Shown here: positions 34,517-43,959 of the stretch, piece after piece
Layout of the letters: each line of letters opens with the position of its first letter
How positions within the stretch are numbered: position 1 is the stretch's first letter
DNA from: Octopus bimaculoides
Taxonomy: Eukaryota
Direction: 5' to 3'
DNA: 43,959 nucleotides
Assembly: GCF_001194135.2 (NCBI RefSeq)
Contig: NC_068986.1
Coordinates: forward strand, 36,724,730 to 36,768,688
Program-made: the position numbers and the translations under genes
The notes under the pieces: generated by a model
Told to the model about the DNA's origin: nothing
The model's database searches: none
What the model saw: only the letters and a program-made list of their open reading frames with translations

Positions 34517-36092
34517 CATCTAAAAATTACACAAATTTTATATGATGCAATTTACGAGCAGTGTAGAAGAGTATTCGATTTGCTTGGATGATCTATCTGT
34601 ATTCCATCATGCCCATACTTCAACTCTAAAATTTGTACTTTTAATAAATATGTAGTTAGATCATATCATCGTGATAACCTAATTTAGAAATTGCTGAACG
34701 CACTTGAAATAGCATTAGATTAAAATAACAATGCGTATAAAATTTATAATATATATACTAAACTGGAACGCCACTAGCTGTGATACATTGACTGGGAGTT
34801 TCCTGTTTGTACTTGTATTGTATATGTTATATATATCGTCACTCTTATATAGAGTTTCTATGCAATGGTTTGCATTTGTTTCACTTCATTTATCACAAAT
34901 CATCAATGGATATTAGTATAGATCTAAAATTATTACCTTTAATTGATACGCCTTAACCATTCGATCACGACTAGTCATATGTACACTCGCATACGTACCC
35001 ATATAGGTATACGTGCATGTGTGTGAGACAGAAAGATTGAGAGTAGCAGTGTGCGTGTGTGTGTTTCTATGTGTGTCTGTGTGTGTGTGTCTCTGTGTGT
35101 GTATATGCGTGAGTGTGTGTGTGTGTGTATGGGTGTGTGTGTATTTGATTGATCTATGTGCATTCCTTGAGTACGAAGCGTTCGTATTCTTCCATTCGGA
35201 TTTCTAACTCAGATTGTACTCGCAGTCTCGTATTCAAACCGATTCCGTCTCTTGACTTAGCATTAGTTCGTGATGTTGCGCAGATAAGATATTTATATTG
35301 ATTCTATTAACTGAAACTTCAGGTTCATATAGTACAATATGTTTAAACTTTCGTTCTGCACAACTTTTCCTTACACGTACACCAATCTACAATGGACATT
35401 TCAGTCATCTCCGAACTGTGTCTCCTTTCTGAATTTCAGTGTGATTGTACGTGATTATTCGTGACACCCCAAACAGTATTTAGTATATTCTTAATTTATT
35501 GGTGATATCTGTGTTTCTAGAGTATATCACTTGTAACGTTTAATAAAAGTTGTAAGACTTGCAGGTGTTTGATCTGATGTCTATGCAAATCTTTTTCTAA
35601 GATTTTTATAACGCAATTAATTTTCCGAAATATTTTGTTTAAATCTATTACCTATTTCTCTAGTGGGAATAATTTATCTCAGTGCTTCATTGGTACTTTA
35701 TTTATCGATCCAGAAAGGGTACAAGGCAGAAGATATTTGAACTCATGTTTGGTGTTATTTCAATGACTGCCGAAATATTTCCATGTGTCTGGAAAAAACT
35801 AACGTTAACACTTAGAAATTAGAGAAAAATAAAAACAAATATTGTTATAACCGACACGTAATTGACATAATAGCAGAGTTTTGAAGCGTCGTCGGCTCTT
35901 AGAACTTTTTATTCAATAGAAAAAGTCACAGTTTAACAAGGAAATACAAAAATCAAAATAAGTTTTAAAATTCTCTTTCATAGAGCGGCGAATTGATAAA
36001 ATTACCCGCAGTATTTGTTTCATTTCTGAGTGCCATAATTTCAAATCCCTCTATGGCCAACTTCGCCATTCAACCTTTCAGTTTCAGCATAC

Positions 36093-36217
36093 ATAAAATA
36101 ATTCATCTAAAGCAAGTAGACTGGCAAGAAGGTCAGACAAGATGACTTCCTGTGACTGTGCCAGCATTTTGCATTCCTGCGATAATACTGGTGCTAAGAT
36201 ATAACCATCATCCCTTG
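36093..36217 (-). CDS. Candidate internal coding exon (phase 1 to 0)
   Basis: Acceptor catatcttttgtttccaag|CA, donor TAT|GTATGC; (A)RDDGYILAPVLSQECKMLAQSQEVILSDLLASLLALDELFY; GC-richer island with an amphipathic-helix-like composition. Confidence 0.48.
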
Positions 36218-36627
36218 CTTGGAAACAAAAGATATGTATTCTTAAATAACGAGTTTCCCTCCAAAAGTCATGTTCAGGCCTGCGCATGTATATGTATTGA
36301 TACACACTCGCGGAGATACTTGACAGTACTGTTAGTTCTTGGGTTACAGAGAAGTTGAAGGTCTGTATTTATGATCCTTCCCATATTTTCCGTTACACAC
36401 AGGAGAATGTTAGGAAATTATCAGACTCGATCCGAATTTTGCAACAGGTTAGACTCAGCTAAGGCCGTTTTCAGAGCCAGGTGTCAGTGTTAAACTGGAC
36501 ATTCAAATTATGGAAACCCCTAAGCTATTTCACCAGATGTATGTATACATGTATGTATGTATGTATGTGTGCATCCGTTTACGTGTGAGGTATATGTGTG
36601 TGTGTGTGTGTATGTGTGGGTGTGTGT

Positions 36628-36682
<55 letters not shown>

Positions 36683-37774
36683 CGCGTGTGTGTGTATATA
36701 TGCCTATATCTATATACAGAAACATATACATATTTTCCTTTCTTAGCTATCTAATATGTGCGTACATATTTGTGTATGTATGCATGTATGTATGTCTGTG
36801 TGTATGTACATACGTACGTACGCAGGCAACTCTTTCTTTTCCGGGCAATACCATTACAATGAAATTTCTTGGCAGGAAAGTTCTTCCAATCTGTGAATAC
36901 TTTAGAAAGGTCAGACAATGTCAGTTTGCTGAATAGATGAAAGAGCAGATNNNNNNNNNNNNNNNNNNNNNNNNNNNNNNNNNNNNNNNNNNNNNNNNNN
37001 NNNNNNNNNNNNNNNNNNNNNNNNNNNNNNNNNNNNNNNNNNNNNNNNNNNNNNNNNNNNNNNNNNNNNNNNNNNNNNNNNNNNNNNNNNNNNNNNNNNN
37101 NNNNNNNNNNNNNNNNNNNNNNNNNNNNNNNNNNNNNNNNNNNNNNNNNNNNNNNNNNNNNNNNNNNNNNNNNNNNNNNNNNNNNNNNNNNNNNNNNNNN
37201 NNNNNNNNNNNNNNNNNNNNNNNNNNNNNNNNNNNNNNNNNNNNNNNNNNNNNNNNNNNNNNNNNNNNNNNNNNNNNNNNNNNNNNNNNNNNNNNNNNNN
37301 NNNNNNNNNNNNNNNNNNNNNNNNNNNNNNNNNNNNNNNNNNNNNNNNNNNNNNNNNNNNNNNNNNNNNNNNNNNNNNNNNNNNNNNNNNNNNNNNNNNN
37401 NNNNNNNNNNNNNNNNNNNNNNNNNNNNNNNNNNNNNNNNNNNNNNNNNNNNNNNNNNNNNNNNNNNNNNNNNNNNNNNNNNNNNNNNNNNNNNNNNNNN
37501 NNNNNNNNNNNNNNNNNNNNNNNNNNNNNNNNNNNNNNNNNNNNNNNNNNNNNNNNNNNNNNNNNNNNNNNNNNNNNNNNNNNNNNNNNNNNNNNNNNNN
37601 NNNNNNNNNNNNNNNNNNNNNNNNNNNNNNNNNNNNNNNNNNNNNNNNNNNNNNNNNNNNNNNNNNNNNNNNNNNNNNNNNNNNNNNNNNNNNNNNNNNN
37701 NNNNNNNNNNNNNNNNNNNNNNNNNNNNNNNNNNNNNNNNNNNNNNNNNNNNNNNNNNNNNNNNNNNNNNNNNN

Positions 37775-37802
<28 letters not shown>

Positions 37803-37805
<3 letters not shown>

Positions 37806-37955
37806 GTTATGTGGTAAGTAGCTTCTTTACCAACCAAATAATTCCGGGTTCAGTCTCACTGCGTGGCACCTTGTGCAAGTGTCTTCTACTATACCCTCGG
37901 GCCGACCAAACCTTTGTGAGTGGATTTGGTAGACGGAAGATGAAAGAATCCTGTC

Positions 37956-37960
<5 letters not shown>
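37803..37960 (+). mobile_element. SINE family B head/body, well preserved
   Basis: gtggtaagtagctt..accaacca...ccgggttcagtctcactgcgtggcaccttg.gcaagtgtcttctactata..ctcgggccgaccaaa.c.ttgtgagtggatttggtagacggaa..tgaaagaa, then (TA)n. Confidence 0.9.
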
Positions 37961-37993
<33 letters not shown>

Positions 37994-38298
37994 CATATAT
38001 AGTATATAATTTTGTGTGTATTTATATCAGTGATTGCATTCGATCTCGCAACTTTTCTTGTATTTACATTAGGATTTTATTCGGCAAGTAGAAAACACTG
38101 AATGTCACATGAATAGAGGAATTATTACATACAAAATATGTGAAAAATAATAGAGCTATTAGAACATTTTGAAGTATAAGGAAACAACATTAATTTAGTT
38201 TTATCCTTAAAACTTATCATCTATAACTTAAACGTTTTCTAAGTAGACGAAGGAGTTTTATACAAATAAATAAAGTTTTACCAAAAATAGAGGCATAC

Positions 38299-38455
38299 CG
38301 CAGCTTATGTCGTGTTGCGTTACTCGTTTTCTTGACTCTATATTGATTTCTTTATGAAACTGGTTGGAAAAATTGACCTCAACATCAGACGATTTACCCG
38401 ACTTTATGTCGGTTTCAGCAAACATATTTAACACCATAAAAACGTTTTTGAAACA
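38299..38455 (-). CDS. Candidate second coding exon (phase 0 to 1)
   Basis: Acceptor ctattggtattttag|TGT, donor G|GTATGC; CFKNVFMVLNMFAETDIKSGKSSDVEVNFSNQFHKEINIESRKRVTQHDISC; bridges the 42562 (phase 0) and 36217 (phase 1) candidates in frame. Confidence 0.45.
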
Positions 38456-40451
38456 CTAAAATACCAATAGTAAATTGGAAAGTCAAATATAATACGTGAC
38501 AGTAGTACAAATCATTATCAAAACAAACAAATGTTAATAAATGTACATAGTTAAAATGTTGACATTTGTTTATCTAAGTTTTGAAACTGATAATTCTTGC
38601 ATTCAACGATGATGTAGCGATGTAGATCGGACCAGGAAATTGAAACGTACGCTTGAGCTTAATGACTTGGAGGGACACAGTATTTTGTTATGCAAAGATA
38701 ATATACTATAAAGTGCGTTAATCGTTTTTATAATTTCTATAGAATATCTGTAGAGAAAAACTTAACAAGCCTTTCATTTTTATACGTCATGTCCCACAAG
38801 AAAGCTAGTGCTACTAAATCTACTCCTCATGGTCCTAAGCATCAAGATACCATTTTGGTGGATAAGTTGGTGATTAGCTAAGAAAAATGTGAAAAATAGA
38901 AAGCAATTTCGATTGTTTATAGCTTAACACTGAGGACGATACCTACCACATTGTTTTTAACTTTTGAATGAGAGAACGGGAACGAAACCATCGAAGAAAT
39001 GGAGTAGCCTATTTTCTCTTTGCCTTGAACGGTAGGTGATTTGAAGTCGTAACAACTTATCATGGATTGCTGCTTTCGTCAACATTGTAATCCACGCTTC
39101 TCCTCTAACCTCCACTTCTGTCCAACAAAATATATCGACATCTTTAAGCGAGTAAATCATTGGTTTTTATTTACATATATATTGGGGATGGAGTGCTTCT
39201 GTTTAAATTTTCTTAAATATTTTTTTTATTTACTTGTATTTAAATGTTTACAATATAGTATTTCAAAGCGGCCGGAAGTCCTTTGATAATGAAGTTCAAT
39301 GATTTTTTTCCACCCCCGTGTAACCTCGATTTTTAAGTTCAGTCACATCGTTTTGTAAACAGTTACCGACATAACTTGGGGTATGCCTACACAATCGTTT
39401 GAACTAAAGATATATAAGACATTTTACATGAGTAATTCGATTACTACAAAACATCGAAATCAAAAACAATCAAGGTTTGCATTGGAAAAAGCAAACTGGA
39501 TGTAAATAATGACATTAAAAATTATACTTACTACTGTGTTCGGGCTGTTTTTCGTCATATATAATTAGAAATGAGTACAACTTTAATGTGGATTGTTTTA
39601 CAATAAATTCCTGCGACTGTTTCCTTATTCTTGTATTATATTTAACTACGGTAAGAATCTCACTAGTATGAAAAGTCTGCTATGAAAAGAAATTAAGTCT
39701 TTCAGCGTTAAACATGAACGTCATACAAGCTGTTATATGTTTCTTGATAGCCAAGAGAAATCATTTATTGTCACTTCTAATAAATGTTTAATCTTCTTTA
39801 TACAGTTTCACCTCCACCCACTTCTTCTTTCCTCTTATCGATTGTCACCTACAATTTACAGTCACATAGTAGCCCGTACATATGCGCATAACACTAGCCA
39901 CACACGTGCACCACCGCACACTCACATACACATATACACACTTACATACATAAATACTACACGCACACATGTATATATACACACATACATATATATATGT
40001 GTGTGTGTGTGTGTGTCTGTGTGTGTGTCTGTGTGTCTGTGTGTGTCTGTGTGTGTGTGTGTGTGTGTGTCTGTGAGTGTGTGTGTTTGTGTGAATACTT
40101 TTCCCCACTTGTACAAGCGCTGACATACACATGTGTACACAGACATACATATATATGTGTGTGTGTATATANNNNNNNNNNNNNNNNNNNNNNNNNNNNN
40201 NNNNNNNNNNNNNNNNNNNNNNNNNNNNNNNNNNNNNNNNNNNNNNNNNNNNNNNNNNNNNNNNNNNNNNNNNNNNNNNNNNNNNNNNNNNNNNNNNNNN
40301 NNNNNNNNNNNNNNNNNNNNNNNNNNNNNNTATATATATACCTGATAATGCATAGTTAATATATATATATGTTTGTATCTATGTATGTACGAATACGAAA
40401 AACAAAGAAACGCTACTCAAATTAGACTGTAGTGATATATTCGAAATGAAA

Positions 40452-40665
40452 GACTGCGAGCTGGCAAAAATGTTAGCACACCGGGTGAAATGCTTAGCGG
40501 TATTTCGTCTGTCTTTATGTTTTGAGTTCAAAATCCACCGAGGTCGACTTTGCCTTACATCCTTTCGGGGTCGATAAATTAAGTATTAGTTTCGTCCTGG
40601 GTTCGATCTAATCGATTGGCCCCCTCCCCTAAAAATTTCAGGCGTTTTGCCTAGTGTAGAAAAGT
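40452..40665 (+). mobile_element. Full-length SINE family A with a 17-bp target-site duplication
   Basis: atatattcgaaatgaaa at 40435-40451 and 40666-40682; complete head-to-tail family A sequence between them. Confidence 0.93.
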
Positions 40666-41071
40666 ATATATTCGAAATGAAAACGTCAGTAAATGTCTCC
40701 GTGCATTTCACGCGCCCGATTATTAGCCGAGCGCTCAAAGCTGGCGTAATATTTTGAGAATCTTCTGCCATTAATATGAGTTTGTGTGAACGTTTGTGTG
40801 AGTGAATGTTTATGTTAGTGTGTGTGTGTGCACGCACGCGTGTGGGTGTGTTCTGTGTGTGTATCTGCGTGTGTGCGTGTGTGTGTGCTTGGGTGCGTGT
40901 GTGTGCGTGCACGCTCTTAACCATGCATTATCAGGTATGTATTTGCGTGAGTATATATACGTGTGTATGTATGCGTTTGTATATGTATGTTAACAGTTTT
41001 TATCATCAACATATTTTGAAAATACAATGAGTTTCGTTTTATCTTAGCAATAAAGGATTTTTGTAATATTT

Positions 41072-41890
41072 AATATTTTCTGTATTTCTTAAAGTCGTTC
41101 TTTACAGATTCTTTGAAAAAGTGAAGACCTCGGATTTCATCTTATGTTTTAAGACTTTGGAATAGATTTGTATAGCGTCAACTAACAGTTGTCAGGAATA
41201 TCGGTGCAGATACATTCTTAGTGGTGATATCAACATCACTTTGTGTTAAGGCGGCAGAAGCGTTAGCATGCTGGACGAAATGCTTAGCGGTATTTCGCTC
41301 GTTCTGAGTTCAAATTCCGGCGAGGTCGTCTTTGCCTTTCATCCTTTCGGGGGTCGATCAATTAAGTACGAAATGGGTTCTTGGGTCGATATAATTGACT
41401 GACCACCTCCCAAAAAATTTCGGGCCTTGTGCCTGGAGTAGAAAGAATATTTTCTGTATTTCCTAAATTCGTTCTTTACAGATTCTTTGGAACAGTGAAG
41501 ATCCCAGATTCGTCTATAGTTTTTGGTCTCCATTTCATCTTATGTTTGAAGACTTTTGAATAAGTTTGTATAGCGTCAACTTACAGTAGTCAGGAGCATC
41601 GTTGCTGATGCATCCTTAGTGTTCATATCAACATCGTTTTTTGTTAAGTCGGTGTGCTGGCAGAATTCAGGCCTTTACTAGAAAGGATAACATCAGTTTT
41701 AAGGCAGCATGCCGGGCAAATTAATTAATGTATTTCGTCCGTTTTTGCGTTGAGTTCAAATTCCGTCGAGGTTGACTTCGCCTTTCATCCTTCGGAGTCG
41801 ATAAAATAACTACTAACTGTGGAATGGGGTCGATGTAATTACGAACTCCTTTCCCGAAATTGCTGTGCTTGTGCCAAAATTTAAAATCGA
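41072..41890 (+). repeat. Old tandem duplication of a (unique flank + SINE A) unit, period about 374 bp
   Basis: aatattttctgtatttc at 41072 and 41446; colinear ttctttacagattcttt, atttcatcttatgttt and ttgtatagcgtcaact.acag. Each unit ends in a family A SINE (41248-41450 and 41644-41890). Confidence 0.88.
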
Positions 41891-42298
41891 AATTAATAAG
41901 AAAAATCAGCATCTCCAAATTTATATCGATTAGTAAATTCCGTATCCCTCCTCAAAATTACCCCATGTGCGTCACGAATAGTCCCCGCAGAATAGATTGC
42001 ATTCCCTTGCCCTATATCTGTCTATCTATATATATATATGTGCGTGTGTGTGAGAAGAGATGACCACTAATTGGACATCCATTACGCTAGAAATTGACCA
42101 TCAACTGGTGTGCGCTGAATTTCCCTAGAGAACATACTGTTCTTTTGTGGTTTGACCGTTGATGGTCGTTTTCTAGCATAAAAGATGTCCACTTCGTGGT
42201 CATCCCTTCTCACATTTTCCGAATTTTCTTCATGCGAGGCCACTGGTTTTAAATTGATGTTAATTATATTAATATCCAATTTATCACCCTTATTACTA

Positions 42299-42401
<103 letters not shown>

Positions 42402-42561
42402 TGTGTGTGTCTTTGTGTATATGTTTATCTACTGCTTTCTACATAAAACACATCTGTATATGTGACCGGGTACAATTCCTTATATATGTATGTTTGTGCT
42501 TGTATGTATGTGTTTGAACTAGTGCGTGTATTCGAAATGCTTATCAATTATGAAATTTCAC

Positions 42562-42720
42562 CATCTCTTCGAGATGTTTTATTCTCTCTTCTTCTATTCC
42601 ATCTCCCGCGTCCATGACAAGTAATATTTCAATGACAGCTTTGATATTAAAAACAATGTTTACCAAATCGTCTGCCATCTCATGCCAACTTTTCAATGAA
42701 ACGTTGGTTTTTGATGCCAT
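42562..42720 (-). CDS. Candidate first coding exon of an uncharacterised gene
   Basis: gaaATGG start with an in-frame upstream stop; MASKTNVSLKSWHEMADDLVNIVFNIKAVIEILLVMDAGDGIEEERIKHLEEM, then donor ATG|GTGAAA (phase 0). The ORF is 58 aa, so it is below the track cutoff. Confidence 0.42.
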
Positions 42721-43092
42721 TTCATTTTTATATTTTCTTTATTTTCATAATTTCTTTATATTTTTGTTTTATTTGCTTTGGCTTGGTTTTTTTATTGGTG
42801 TCGTTGCTAGTTAATGATTTAAAACTGTTTATGTTTATTATAACATTTTGTGACTCTCTCCCTCTCCTTTTCATTTTCATTCTCTTTTTCCATATGAATG
42901 TACACATACGTGCACACATATACTTACATCCGTTTACATATTTATGTTAGTTTATATATATANNNNNNNNNNNNNNNNNNNNNNNNNNNNNNNNNNNNNN
43001 NNNNNNNNNNNNNNNNNNNNNNNNNNNNNNNNNNNTATATATATGTATAGAGAGAGAGAGAGAGAGGTGCATATATATATATCTTTTTTTAA

Positions 43093-43132
<40 letters not shown>

Positions 43133-43959
43133 ATAATGCACACAAATACATTCATACATACATACATACGTATGTGTGAGGGTGTGTGTGTGTATACGTG
43201 TGGGTAGTGAGTGGGTGTGTTAGTTTGCCCGTACATACGTACATACATACGTACGCACATACGATCAAAATATGATGTGTGCGTATTTGATACATACCTC
43301 GACTGCAGGTGTTAGGCCTGTTCCGTTATACGTGATTAATAAGATATGACAATGCAAGAGGAAATAGCAAAATGTTACTAAAAGTTAAGATTTAAAAGAT
43401 AGCAAAATGAATGTGGTTAATGTTTTAGTTTATTGTTCTTTCACTGCACATATAAATTGTGTGGGGGAGCCAGAAAACAGATAAATTAGTTTCTCTTTCG
43501 ATATTTTTTTCTCTGTTCCTCTCTCTCTCTCACACACACACAACCACACACACACACACACACATGTACACAGCAACCCTCGTACACGCATGCACTCTTC
43601 ATATTGTAGTGTTTAACATTAAAATTTAAACCAAATTCATTTTCCTCTTTATATCTTATCTTTTACTGTCATTCTCTGATATTGTTCTGAACCATGCTGC
43701 TTAGTATAATCATGCTGATTGAGATTCACCTACGTATCACATGTACGTGTGTGTGGGTACGCCTGCGTGTGTGTGATGTGTTTGTGCACGCGTATGTGTA
43801 AGTGTGTGTTCTCGTATGTCTGTGAGTGTTTCCATGTGTCCGCATGCGTATGTAACTCATTCCTTCTTTACAATACTCTGAATATGTTTCAACGGCTGTT
43901 ACTTCCGTGAAAATGGCTGGTCATTCAGAGTTAGTATATATATATATATATATATATAT

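Noticed and set aside
38989-39117. Minus-strand exon candidate EVEVRGEAWITML...HFFD
   Set aside because: Weak donor (GTTTCG) and phase-incompatible with the 42562>38455 join.
42138-42242. Minus-strand exon candidate VASHEENSEN...KPQKN
   Set aside because: Good donor but a purine-rich acceptor, and phase 1 does not follow the phase 0 first exon; left out of the model.

Overview
AT-rich, microsatellite-dense eukaryotic draft-assembly DNA with 10 N-gaps (about 3.65 kb). The SINE families and repeat landscape look like an octopus/coleoid cephalopod genome; this is recalled pattern recognition, not a database result. Most ORFs in the supplied track are artefacts of microsatellites or N-runs. Supported content: (1) many tRNA-derived SINE copies from at least three families; (2) two decayed Tc1/mariner transposases (a DUF4817-type, probably DD41D, at 12.1-13.0 kb and a DD37D/maT at 30.1-30.7 kb); (3) Penelope-like retroelement debris (GIY-YIG end with a degenerate hammerhead-like fold at 5.4-6.1 kb, RT at 8.5-9.2 kb, and a palindrome of two inverted hammerhead-like units at 13.4-13.6 kb); (4) an R4/Dong-type LINE 3' end at 1-250; (5) several hairpins and local duplications, including a recent 264-bp inverted templated insertion with three microhomology junctions; (6) a tentative, hand-built minus-strand multi-exon gene (ATG at 42720, possible stop at 1338) for a protein I do not recognise. 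The exons were selected by eye, so the model needs RNA evidence. No rRNA, true tRNA gene or CRISPR array is supported.
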